Notes under the pieces: model-generated
The model's input: the letters and a program-made list of their open reading frames with translations, nothing else
What the model was told of the DNA's origin: nothing
Database searches by the model: none
Assembly (NCBI GenBank): GCA_964016885.1
Contig: OZ024740.1
Location: forward strand, 29,512,001-29,576,000
Length of the DNA: 64,000 nt
Reading direction: 5' to 3'
Source: Eledone cirrhosa
Taxonomy: Eukaryota
Translations under genes and position numbers: made by a program
Shown: in pieces, positions 46,153 to 58,087 of the stretch
Layout: every line of letters begins with the position of its first letter
Numbering within the stretch: the stretch's first letter is position 1

Positions 46153-47973
46153 TTTCTTTATTAGCCACAAGGGCACAAAAGAAGGGGACAAATACAAATG
46201 GGGAGTTTACATACAGGTATATGAAAATAAAACTATTAATACAATAACAAATAACAATTGAAATCCCCAATAGGGGTAGCGTTACACAGGGGTTGTACAC
46301 ACCCCGAAAAAATGTACAACCTTCATCTCCAGGAGCACCAAGAGTGAGTACTCCCTTCCCCTCTTCCTCTTTTTCCTCAACCTACAGGCTTATATAGAGA
46401 GAAGGACCAACCACTCGGGCCATCTTTGCCACATTCACCCAGCTTTTATAAAATTTGCTGGGGTACAGCACCTCTCTCTCCATCCTGATTCTTCTTCCAA
46501 AATGATATTTGAAAAAACGAATCAGTTGCTCGCCGGAGAGAAAGTTGTCTGACCTCAGCTCTTTTAACCTCGTCCACCATATAACCTCTTTCACCATAGC
46601 CATAGCACATAGGAAATCTGCCTCTACCTCGTTTTTGAAGGAGGGTGGCGGTTTGATCATGACAATGGACTCGGTGGTCAACGAATGCAGGTGCGACGGT
46701 TTCCTCGTCGCGCACGCATCTCGGACAGATCTTTTTCGAAGGGTCCCTACCCGGGCGCCCGTGTCTGTAGAGCTTGTCTCGAACTGGTAGAGCTCCTCGG
46801 TAGCACTGCCAGGCCAGGCACTTTTGGAAGTTGTCCATTGGCCCCGGGCGGAAGGTCCTACCGAACAGACTGGCCAGTTCGTCTTCCTCTACGCCTAGAG
46901 TTTCTCCGAGCGTGTCGTCGCCCTTGCTGCGGACCAATCCACTATAGAATGTCGAAGTGGAGTCTCCACTGATCGCCGGGTCCGTTTGCCAGAGGACTGT
47001 GAGCGCCTGAGTACATTCGATGTGCCAGTCGCCCATTTTCCTCGGTCTTTGCTTGACCCAGGACTGCAGCTCGGTTAGCGAGACGAGTCGTGGGAAGGCT
47101 CGCCCCACTGACGGGGCCCACACCGGTTGTCTGGTGAGGAATACGTGGAGGTGCCGCAGCCTGAGCGCGTGTTTGCGCATCGTCAGCCCTCCATTTGAAG
47201 TGTGTTGGCAGCAGATAGATCTTCTCACCAAAGGAGTCCGTTTCTTCCAAAGGAATTGGAAGAGCGCGCACTCCAGTTTGGTGAGCGTTTTGGCTGGACA
47301 AGGCACGACGGTGAAGCGGTAGTAGATGATGGACGCTATAAAAGTGTTCGCCACCTCCGCACGACCTTTCAAGGATAGTTTGCACTCGGCCCACTTCTGG
47401 GTGAGCGCAAACACCTTGGCCGTCACCTCGTTCCAGTTCTTCTCCACCTGGAGGTCCGGACTAAACCAGACCCCGAGCAGCTTTACCGGTCCTTCCGTCC
47501 AGCGTCCGACGACGTCATCGGAAGGCATCGGTTTGCCTCTCCACGTTCCGAGTTGCAAACCGACGGATTTGTCCCGGTACAACTTCGCTCTTGTGAACCT
47601 TTCGTATTCCTCCAGAAAGGTGCCGATCGCCCCGATTTGCGAGGTGCTCGACACCATTACTGTCACGTCGTCGGCGTAGGCCGACGCCGCTTTCCGCAGT
47701 CGCGGTTCCAAAGGGATGCCCTGCAATAGTTCCAACTTCCGCAGTAGTGGCTCGAGAGTCAGTACGTACAGAAGGGAGGAGAGAGGACATCCCTGTCGAA
47801 GGGATCGCGTGATATGGAACGGCTCCGAGAGGTAGCCGTTCACCTTATCCCTTGAGCAGATGTTGCTGTTGTGCATTGCAGCAATCCAGCCCCTGAACAC
47901 GGGTCCGAAGGCTGCCGCCTCGAGCACCGCAACCAGGTAACGATGGTCAACCCTATCGAAAGCCTTATACTGA
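46153..47973 (-). mobile_element. Tx1/L1-like copy E4, 5'-truncated in RT, 18 bp TSD
   Basis: KAFDRV, RQGCPLS, AYADD; gatagatagatagataaa at 46135-46152 and 47974-47991. Confidence 0.92.
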
Positions 47974-48214
47974 GATAGATAGATAGATAAATAGATAGAT
48001 TTCTTTATTTACCATAAAGGCATAAAAAGAAGGGACAAATACAAAGGGGGAGTTTACATATAATCGAGTAAAAAGGGTGTAACATGAAAATAATCGAAAA
48101 TAACCTCAAAAGGGAGGGGACGTGATGGGGGTTGCACACACCCCCGAAAAAGTGTGCAATCCTTTGCCCGGGGAGCACATGGAGAAGGTGCTCCCCTCTC
48201 CTTTATTTCTTTAC

Positions 48215-51200
48215 CTACAGGATGGTATACAGAGAAGGCCCATTTACACGAGCCATTCTCGCCACTATCACCCACCTTTCATAAAACTGCCTGTGGCCAA
48301 GCACCTCTCTCTCCATTCTTATCCTTCTTCCGAAGTGATATCGGAAGAAGTAGACCAGACTATGGCCAGAGAGGAAGTTGCCTGACCTCAGACCTTTCAA
48401 TCGTGTCCACCAAACAACCTCTTTCAACATGGCTATTACGCACAGAAAAACCGCCTTTGCTTCCTTTGTGAAGAGGGGAGGCGGTTTGATTATCATCACG
48501 GACTCGGCGGTCAATTTAATCGGCGCCACCCGCGACAGCAGTCGTTCGGCGTAGCCCCACAGATCAGCCACGCCCGGACATTGCACCAATGCGTGCGCAA
48601 CGGTTTCTTCGTGACGCACGCATCTAGGGCAAATCTTTTTTGAGGGATCCCTGCCCGGGCGCCCGTCTGTAGAGCCTCTCTCGAACGGGTAGAGCCCCCC
48701 GGTAGCACTGCCAGGCCAGTGACTTCTGGAAGTTGTCCATTGGTCCTGGGCCGAAAGTCCTACCGAACAGGCTGGCCAGTTCGTCTTCTTCCATGTCCAG
48801 CGACTCTCCAAGGGTGTCATCGCCCCTGCTAGCCACCAGCCCTCTATAGAATGATGAGGTGGATTCTCCACCGATGGCCTGGCCCGATTGCCAGAGAGCC
48901 CTGAGCGCCTGAGCACACTCAGTGTGCCAGTCTCCCAGTTTTCCGGATCTTTGCTTGACCCAGGACTGTAGCTCGGTGAGCGAGACGAGTCTCGGAAAGG
49001 CTCGTTTCACGAACGGAGCCCACACCGGTTGACCAGTGAGGAATACCTGTAGGTGCCGTAGCCTTAATGCGTGCCTACGCATCATCAACCACGGCATCCC
49101 CAGCCCTCCTTTCGAAGGTTGTTGGCAGCAGATGGATCTTCTCACCATAGGAGGACGCTTCTTCCAAAGAAATTGGAAGAGCATGCGTTCCATGGTGGTG
49201 AGTGTTTCCTTAGGGCAAGGCACGACAGTCAGGCGGTAGTAAGTGACGGACGCTATGTAAATGTTCGCCACCTCCGCCCGGCCTTTTAGGGACAGCTTAC
49301 ACTTGGCCCATTTCTGGGTTAGTGCAAACACCTTGTTCGTAACCTCGTTCCAGTTCTTTTCCACCTGGAGGTCCGGTCCAAACCAGACCCCAAGCAACTT
49401 TACCGGGCCCTCCGTCCAGTGTCCGACGACACCGTCAGGAGGCATCGGTCTGCCTCTCCACGTTCCGAGTTGCAGCCCGATGGATTTTTCCCGGTTCAGT
49501 TTCGCTCCTGACAACCTTTCGTACTCCTCCAGTAAGGTACCGATCGCCTCGATCTCCGAGTCGGTCGATACCATTACTGTTACGTCATCGGCGTAGGCCG
49601 ACACCGCTTTGCTCAATCCTGGTTCCAGGGGGATACCCTGCAACAACTCCAACTTCCTCAGTAAAGGCTCGAGAGTCAATACGTACAGAAGGGAGGAGAG
49701 AGGGCACCCCTGTCGAATGGATCGTGTGATTTCGAACGGCTTCGAAAGGTAGCCGTTCACCTTGATCCTAGAACAGATGTGGTTGCTATGTAGGGCAGTG
49801 ATCCAGCCTCTGAAAACAGGACCGAACCCAGCCGCCGCTAGCACCGCATCCAGGTAACCATGGTCGACCCTATCGAAGGCCTTGGACTGATCTAAGTTGA
49901 TCGGGGCCCCACCGAAGCCGGGTTTGTTGCCAACCCTCTCTATGATGTATCGCATGAGGTGGAGGTTATCGTGAATGGACCTGGATGGGATAGCACATGT
50001 CTGCGCATCTCCCACCAGGCCACCCACGACAAGCGCCAACCTCTTTGCTAACAACTTGGCCAAAATCTTTAACTCTGTGTTTAGCAGGGTTATGGGCCGA
50101 AAATTATTTATACTATCCCCTTGTTCTCGTCCTTCCTCACCAGCGTGACTACGCCCTTGGCTACAGAACAAGGAATTCTCCCGTTCTGCTGCCAATTGCA
50201 GTAGACCGCTTCGAGGAGTTCGGAGAAGAAGACCGGCATTGCTAAATAAAGTTCGTAAGGTATACCATCGAGACCTGGAGATTTGCGTCTGCTGCATTGG
50301 CTCAGCGCATCTCCGATCTCATCAGCCGAGATTGGTCCCTCGCAGGACTCTGCCTCTTCGCTCGAGAGACGCGACAGGCCGTCGAGGTATGGACCGAAAT
50401 CCACGCCCCCGCCCGGACCCTCGCCTCCCCCTAACAATCGGGCAAAGTGCCTTTGAAAGGCCTCGCACATCTGCTTAGGCTCCCGGATCACCCGTCCATC
50501 TTCGTCTTGCAACGACCGGATGGTGGATCGATTTCCACTCTTAGCTTCTGTCACGCGGGCCCATCCAACGGCTTTGGCCCCCTCATTACCTAGAGCACGT
50601 ATTTTACTTCGAATGACGCAGCCTTCGTGCTTTGCATCGAAAAACTGGTTCAAGGCCGTCCTCGATGCCAGCACTCTGGCCACATCTTCGCTCTTGATTG
50701 CCTCTTCTAATTTACCTGTTAATTCTTTCTCGTTTCTATTCCTATCGGCAGCTAACATCTTGCTATAACTTATTGATTCTGTTCTAATCTCTCTTTTGAG
50801 AGATGCCCACCATCGGTTGTTGACGATTGCACCCGTCAACCTCTCCTTAACTAATCTGCTAATCCGGTTTCTGTAAGTCTCTTTTGCCGGTAAAGACAAA
50901 TTAAGTTTCCAGTAACCGGGACCCTGTCTATGTGTTTTCTCGAGATTGACCACGCATGTCACTAATTTGTGATCCGTGTAGCCAACCGTGCGCATTTCTG
51001 GACAGCTTAATATGTCCCTATCCTTACTTCTAACTAAGAATCTATCTAAGTACGATCTAGATTGACCACTGTGGTTTCTCCAAGTCCAGGTAGGCACAGT
51101 TGGAAAATCTAGTCGATATCTATCGACCAAGTTAAAGCGGTCGAGTAACCCCTTGAGGCTGTTACAACCCCCTCTATTAGGACATGCTCCTGCATAGTCC

Positions 51201-51649
51201 CAACGTGCATCCAGGATGTCATTCCAATCCCCCGCTAGAAGCAGGGAACGCGACGTTCCCAGAAAAGTCTCCAAACGCTGGAAGAAGTCGGGCCGTTCAG
51301 CTCCGAAAGGGGAGTAGACGGCGACCAGTCTCAAGGCCGCACTTTCACTACTGCCAACGTCTAGCACCAACAAACGACCCTCCGGGTCCGAGTGCACAAC
51401 CTGTACGGCAAGACCCAGGTGTTTTTCCAGCAGTACGACAACCCCACCCCCACCTCCAGGTTGACAGAGAGATGCATGCACCTCAAAGTCATCGAAGGTG
51501 GGGGCCAGCTGCCGCACGACGCTGATTCGAGTCTCACAGATAACCATTACATTTATACTACATGACCTGAGGTCATTTAGAAGCTTTGCTTGCTTCCAAG
51601 TTGAGCCCAGGCCACGTGCATTCAAACATCCTACTCTTAACACATCCAT
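48215..51649 (-). pseudogene. ORF2 of E3: APE endonuclease, reverse transcriptase and C-terminal CCHC; 2 frameshifts (near 50115 and 48665)
   Basis: GCLNARGL, CET, GDWN, YLDRF, TDHK; FRPITLLN, LDQSKAFDRV, RQGCPLS, YADD, LLGV; CPRC..ETVAH...C. Confidence 0.95.
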
Positions 51650-51682
51650 GTGGGCGGCAGAGCCAAAGGAGAGTGTAGAGAC

Positions 51683-53580
51683 CTACCTTTCCGCTTCCCG
51701 GGGTTCGGGTTGCACGACTTCCATGGGGTCGGGGGTGTTGGGTGAAGGGTGTCTTGTGGTGGTGTGGGGTCGTCAGTGTGTGGTGGGGTTGGGGTGTTTG
51801 GAGTTGTGTTGGGGAGGGGAAGGGGAGGGGGAAAGCTTTTTAGTAGGACGCGGTTTATGGGTTTGACAGAGGGTGGTCCTACGTCCTCCTTAAAATCCTT
51901 TTTTAGTTTTTGGTAGAGGTTCATTGGGATCTTTATTAATTTTAAATGTGGGTAGTTTTCTGACGAAACAAAGTTTACACCTTCGGTTTGTACCGAAGGA
52001 TTATTGTATATGAGTTCATTTAATTTATTATTGTTTCTGTTGATGTATAGTGTAATGTCTTTTTTTCGGATGGTGTGAGTGTTTCGAAGAGGGGAGGGGC
52101 AGGTTTGGTTTTGTTTGTTGCTGGAGGGGTGTTTCCTGTTTTGTTGGATTGTGTTGAGATTTGGGTGGGGGTTGTTTGGCCTTGTGTGTTTTGCACATGT
52201 TTTCTTTTTTTCCTTTTAATCTGTCTGAAGGACTCCGTTTCTTCCTCCGAATTCGTTGGGTTATCTTCAGTGTTGGAGGGAAGAGGTATGTTTGCTGGTA
52301 ATGTTTCCGTGTTGGTTTTCTTTGTGGGGGAGATGGATGTCACTATGTTAGACTGTGTTGTGTGTTGTGTCTGCGGTGGTTGTGTTGTTTTATTGAGTGA
52401 GAGGTTGGGTGGGCCTGTATTTTGTTTTGGGGTAATGTGTTGTGACTGTTTGTGTTGTGGTGGTGTTGTGGTTTTACTGAGGGACGGGTTGGGTGGGACT
52501 GAGTTTTGTTGTTTGTTTATCTGTTGTGGTGGTGGTGGTGGTGGAGCTGGTGTTGGTAGCAGGGTTTTCTTTTTGTTGAGTTGGGGACAAGCGGCCTTCA
52601 GGTGCTCTCTGCCTGCACAGATATGGCAGGACGGCCTTCTCCCCTCCACGCTAATGTTTATATACCCGTGGTCCTCTAATAGGATTCTGTCGGGTATTTG
52701 GGCGATGCGTTCAGGCTTCATTTGCACTACCAGCTCTATACCTGTTCCACTGAACGCATTGCCTGTGGTTTTCCCAATGGAAATCACGTTGTCATTCACT
52801 GGATCGATGAAGCCAGCTATGAGCCAGCAGTAGTCCACATCTGGCATCATTGCATCCAGCCATATGCGTTGAGTTCTTTTTCCCATATAAGATGGATAAA
52901 AGGTGAAATTTTTCGAACGAATCGGTGACAAAGCACATTTTTTTGCCGCCGATTCGTTCTTCATGATAATTGCTAGGCTTCCATACAGTCTGTCTTTTCT
53001 TATGAAAGTGGTTTCATTAAGTACTTCTGTGAGTACTGTTTTGATATCTGCTTGAGAAGGCTGTTCAGGTTTTTTTGTACTGTTGTTGATGGTCCGAAAC
53101 TTGACCGTTCGGCTTTCAATGTCTTTGGTGAATTCTTGAGGCATTTTTACCGATAAAATACCATTCTCTCCTTCACTTATGTATTGTTTGGCGTCTGTGA
53201 TCCTTCGTGCCACATCTGAAATATTTTCCGGTATATAAGTCAAAGATTTCTTTGTTTTCTGTGCAAATGAAATCTTGTCGTCTGCTTTGCTTTCTGATAT
53301 GGTTTTATTTTCAAATGTTATTTTTGTGTTTGTTGTGTCTTTGTTTGTGTTATTAGTATTGTCATGCAATTTTTCAAATTTTTTTTTTTTCGTTGTTGGA
53401 ATCCATGTCCAGATTTGTGTTTTCGTCATTTTTTTTCTCCGCAGATTCGTCTGTTTTTATTTTAATTTTTCCTTCCTTCTCTATGACGTTAGTTGGGAAG
53501 GAAGGGGGGACTAAAGCGTGCGAGCTTACAACTCTTACCGCTGTCCCCCCACCACTATTTTCGTTCGCTGCGTTTAACAT
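51683..53580 (-). pseudogene. ORF1 of E3 (zinc-knuckle protein), about 3 frameshifts
   Basis: MLNAANENS...CHICAGREHLKAAC...PREAER*; shifts at poly-A near 53385, near 52025 and near 51745. Confidence 0.85.
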
Positions 53581-53826
53581 TTCTGTTAGACGATTGAAAT
53601 TTTTTTGCCACAAAATTTTTTAAAACAGGTTTTTCACCTCTAGGAGGGGTAAAGATGAGCTGACCCACCGCCTGACAGTTCAGACGGGGGGTCAAGCTAC
53701 ACAATTGTATCAAAATTAAGTTTGAACTCACAAAATTTCCTCAATAAATTTGAACAAAACATCTGCGCGAAGTGAATGACATCAACACTGTAGAACAGAC
53801 GACAGCTAGATTATTAGATAGATATA

Positions 53827-54633
53827 TTTCTTTATTAGCCACAGGGGCACAAAAGAAGGGGACAAATACAACATACCCCCGAAAAAAATGTGCAACCCTC
53901 ATCTCCAGGAGTACGAAGAGCTTGTACTCCTTTCCTCTCCTCCTCCTTTTCCTCAACCTACAGGCTGATATAGAGAGAAGGCCCATTCACTCGGGCCATT
54001 CTCGCCACTTTCACCCACCTTTCATAAAACTTGCTGGGGTACAGCACCTCTCTCTCTATCCTGATTCTTCTTCCAAAGTGGTATTTGAAAAAAAGAATCA
54101 GTTGTTGGCCGGAGAGAAAGGTGTCTGACCTCAGCCCTTTCAACCTTGTCCACCATACAACCTCTTTCGCCATAGCTATCACACAAAGGAAAACCGCCTC
54201 TCCTTCGTTTTTGAAGGAGGGTGGCGGTTTCATCATGACAATGGACTCGGTGGTCAACTGGATTGGTCCCACCCGCGACAATAGTCGTTCTACATAGCCC
54301 CACAGGTCAGTGACGCCCGGGCAGTGTATGAATGCGTGCGCGACGGTTTCTTCGTCTCGCACGCACCTCGGACAGATCTTTTTTGCAGGGTCCCTGCCCG
54401 GGCGCCCATGTCTGTAGAGCTTGTCTCGAACTGGTAGAGCTCCTTGGTAGCACTGCCAGGCCAGGGACTTTTGGAAGTTGTCCATCGGTCCCGGGCGGAA
54501 GGTCCTACCGAACAGACTGGCCAGTTCATCTTCCTCTACGCCTAGAGTTTCACCGAGCGCGTCGTCGCACTTGCTGCGGACCAACCCTCTATAGAATGAC
54601 GAAGTGGAGTCTCCACTGATCTCCGGGTCCGTT
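53827..54633 (-). mobile_element. Tx1/L1-like copy E2, 5'-truncated, 16 bp TSD
   Basis: 208 aa ORF2 C-terminus; ttattagatagatata at 53811-53826 and, with expanded GATA, at 54632-54675. Confidence 0.92.
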
Positions 54634-54635
54634 AT

Positions 54636-54673
<38 letters not shown>

Positions 54674-54675
54674 TA

Positions 54676-55177
54676 TTTCTTTATTTGCCACAGGGGCGTA
54701 CAAAAATGGGACATTACAAGACGTGACGGCGGGGGTTTTACATAAAAATCATATAACTTTAACATTAATAAATAACAATAAACTATATATAATAAAATAA
54801 CAATTGAAATCCCCAAAAGGGGGAAGCGTTACTGCAGGGTTGTTTTACACCCCGTGGATAGAACAACCCTCAACACCAGGAACACGTTTTGTAGGTGTTC
54901 CCGTCTTCCCTCTGTTTATCTTCCTCAACCTACAGGTTTATATACAGAGAACGCCCATTCACCCAGGCCATTTTCGCTACATTCACTCACCTTTCAGCGA
55001 ATTTACTGGGGTGTAGCACCTCTCTCTCCAATCTCACCTTCCTTCTGAAGTGGTACTTAAAGAAGGGGATAAGTTGTTGTCCGGAGAGGAAGGTTTCTGT
55101 CCGCAGTCCTTTTAACCTCGTCCACCATATTACCTCTTTCGCCATAGCAACCAGACAGAGGAAAACCGCCTCTTTAG
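54676..55177 (-). mobile_element. Tx1/L1-like copy E1, 3' fragment
   Basis: KEVIWWTRLKGLRTETFLSGQQL...; 3' end gtggcaaataaagaaa followed by tatat(ctat)n. Confidence 0.9.
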
Positions 55178-55261
55178 CATTACTCCTTCATAGGTTAATG
55201 AAGGTACTCTCGTGTACAATATTTTCTGAGATTTGGATCCACTAATTTCGCTTAATTAAAA

Positions 55262-56057
55262 ATGATGTTTCGCGGCTTTTTGATCGACTTATTCATTTTT
55301 TCCATGGCACGGAAATGGAGTATTTCCATTTCGAATCAAAACTTTTCACTAAAATCGGGCAATTGGACTGATCAAATTCAGATTCATGCCAGTTTTTACA
55401 AATCCATAATTAGAAATGTGGCGAAATCGAATGACCAGAAGGTATAAAAATATTAATTCAATTGTATTTACTTATCATACCAACAAAAATACTTAGATAT
55501 TTTGTATACCTGGGGCCCGTCAGAGCCAGGTAATGTTAATCGCCAACATTGTTATCTGTTGTCCTTTTGTGAAAGTATTGGTGGTTCATGTCGGCTCTAA
55601 TGATCTGAATCCTCGTCGCACCGTTGGCACGACAAAGCTGTGCAAAGTAATACAATAATTTTTGCCCAAGTATTTTTTATTAATCATTTATTTGTAAATT
55701 AAGGATAAAGTGCCCATTCGAGGCACAAAACCGGAAAAACAGGGGAAGAGTCTCTTTGCAAGGCTACAGAAAATAGCGGAAAAGCACCACTGTACACCCA
55801 TTTTCTACAGTGGTGTCATTCCACGTCCACAAAGTGTAATTGAAAATAAAAATGACTTGGGCAAGAGAAATTCTCGTTTGGAAAAGTTTAATTACTGCAT
55901 GAAAGAAATGATTCAAAAATTGAACTTGCCCAATCTTCACATCATTGAAAATTGGTCAAAATTTGACAAATCTGACTTCAAACCAGATATGATTCATTTG
56001 AACAATGTTGGAAATTTTAAATTGACACAAATTTTTGCCAATGTTTTTGCCACCTGA
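55262..56057 (+). CDS. Spliced SGNH/GDSL-hydrolase-like gene (exons ..55441, 55497-55646, 55704-56057); start uncertain
   Basis: Two phase-0 GT-AG introns (55 and 57 nt) join SIIRNV / CIPGA..VVHVGSNDL / YSGVIPR..DMIHLN in one frame; block I lacks the canonical GD before S. Confidence 0.7.
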
Positions 56058-56097
56058 TCCTTGTTCTATGGCTGACTGACTAATTTTGTGACTTAAT

Positions 56098-56869
56098 AAA
56101 ATGTCATCATGCTAGTAATGCACAATGGTCATTTTTAAATTTAAATTTTATTAAATAGTTGTTGCTTGCATTGCCTTAAAATAGTAACAAGAATGTACAC
56201 ATACTTTTTAAAAATACATCATTATCAGTCAAATCAGTCAAATGTCACTAAAAGCCAGGTGGTCGATAACAACTTCTATAAGATTAGTTACATGCTCATA
56301 CATTGGATCACCTCTCATCAAGGGCATTGGGTATCTGAGATAATCATGGAGATAACTGATGAAGTCACAAATGAAGTGATGGTCTTCCAGTGTGAACAAC
56401 TCCCTATATCCATTGATATATGTGATGGCTTCCGATTCATAGGTGCATTTTATGAGGAATTCCATGCATCCTATTTTCAGTGATTCAATGGGCATTTTAT
56501 CAGAGATGATAAGGTATTTGACCACGTTTTGCTTTGTAAGTAAATTGGAGAGAATCACTGCAGTCAAAGTCATTTCTTTGCATGGGTTTTTGTCCATTTA
56601 AAAAAGTTAAAATGATAAAGTATTACTACTATATAACTTACATCTATTGTTGTAACACCATTGAAATGCACAAGTTTCACCAATTCACTATTATGCACTA
56701 ATCATCTCAAATGCATTCATGATTTACTAGCTTTGTCATTAAGCCAGTTGCCTCAACTAGATTGCAATTATACTCAAAAGAACTTTAAAATGTCAATCAC
56801 TTGTCAGTAATTCACTATGATCATTTAATTATTAGATAGTTGTTGCTTGCATTGCCTTAAAAAATAGTA
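56098..56869. repeat. ~85 bp direct repeats (56098-56186, 56787-56869) flanking the 119 aa ORF
   Basis: aaaatgtca...agtaat.cac.atg.tcattt...atagttgttgcttgcattgccttaaaa..tagta occurs twice. Confidence 0.8.
56238..56597 (-). CDS. 119 aa ORF with a BACK-domain-like helical motif
   Basis: ATG-started, non-repetitive; SNLLTKQNVVKYLIISDKMPIESLKIGCMEFL fits the L..NL..eNv..yL..aD......LK..C.eFi pattern of BTB-BACK proteins (pattern recognition only). Confidence 0.45.
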   Translation of the reverse strand: MDKNPCKEMTLTAVILSNLLTKQNVVKYLIISDKMPIESLKIGCMEFLIKCTYESEAITYINGYRELFTLEDHHFICDFISYLHDYLRYPMPLMRGDPMYEHVTNLIEVVIDHLAFSDI

Positions 56870-56870
56870 G

Positions 56871-57930
56871 ACCAGATAGAAAAATGCGTACAGCAAAAAA
56901 AAGTAATATTGTTGGAATATAAACCTTTAAAAATACAGGACAAGAAACTAAAATAAAACTTTAAAAGAATAGGACAAGAAACTAAAATAAAACTTTAAAG
57001 AATTGGACAAGAAATAAAAAATTTTACAATAATATTAGTGGCAACATTTTTTTATTCATTTCCTGTGCTATGCCCCAGTATCTTCTTGATTAGTGCATAA
57101 TAATTGTCATGCTCTCATTGTGCGTTGCCCCTGAGCGGTTGGTTCTGGTTGGGGTTGGTTGGCTAAGCTGTTCTGCTCCGTCAGAATGACCATTGCAAGA
57201 AGAATTGGCCGATGCAGCTGCAGGTCTCCTCCAAGAATGCACTTCTGGTCCCGCAACACCAGACGAAGATGGAGAAGACGACCGGGACAAGATGTCGACT
57301 CTGACCACCGACTACGGCACCTCCCTCAACCACCGGTCCTCCCTCCCTCTGTCCCGTCATCCCTCCAGTCCTCCTGCTCCCCCTTCCTGTACCAGAAAGC
57401 TGTGGCACGCATTCATCTGGACTGCCGGACTTGAACTCAAGGACAAGATGCAAGGAGAAGATGGACGGGTTGGTCAAGATCAAGGATGAGCGGGACGACA
57501 AGACCGTCCGCTGCTGCTCAAGATCTGTGCTCATGGGCCCATGGGTCCATTCACATTATGCATGACACATGAGGCGTGTCGCCGAATGAAGAAATAGGGG
57601 TATGGTTATGGCCCAATTGGTGTTCAAACCAGGATCAAATGATCCCCCCCGGTCTGACGACGACCTCTGAATGTGGAACCCAGAGCCTATGAATGTGGAA
57701 CTCGATTTTTACCTATAAAAATTTTGCCACTAATATTATTGTAAAATTTTTTATTTCTTGTCCAATTCTTTAAAGTTTTATCTTAGTTTCTTGTCCTATT
57801 CTTTTAAAGTTTTATTTTAGTTTCTTGTCCTATTCTTTTAAAGTTTTATTTTAGTTTCTTGTCCTGTATTTTTAAAGGTTTATATTCCAACAATATTACT
57901 TTTTTTTGCTGTACGCATTTTTCTATCTGG
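56871..57930. mobile_element. Inverted-repeat module: arms 56871-57045 and 57722-57930 with internal 34 bp subrepeats, GC-rich core, ends in (TA)n
   Basis: accagatagaaaaatgcgtacagc... vs ...gctgtacgcatttttctatctggt; the right arm has one extra aggacaagaaactaaaataaaactttaaaagaat unit; ggt-CTGACGA at 57651. Confidence 0.85.
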
Positions 57931-58056
57931 TATATATATATGTGTGTGTGTTTGTGTGTGTGTGTCTGAGTGTGTGTTTGTATATATACATGTGTGTGTG
58001 TGTCTGTGTGTGTGTGTGTGTGTGTCAGTGTATGTGTTTCTGTCTGTGTGTTTGTG

Positions 58057-58087
<31 letters not shown>

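Larger units (their letters stand above)
48000..53810 (-). mobile_element. Tx1/L1-like copy E3, full-length (~5.8 kb), few frameshifts
   Basis: 5' UTR, ORF1, ORF2 (APE-RT-CCHC), 3' aataaagaaa followed by (CTAT)n. Confidence 0.93.

Noticed and set aside
52075-52833. 252 aa antisense ORF in LINE ORF1 (ORF0-like)
   Set aside because: Shadow frame of the A/C-rich ORF1 tail; only shorter, fragmentary antisense frames in the other copies
57090-57590. Short GC-rich ORFs inside the inverted-repeat module
   Set aside because: Several overlapping short frames with stops and no recognisable motif; cannot choose a frame
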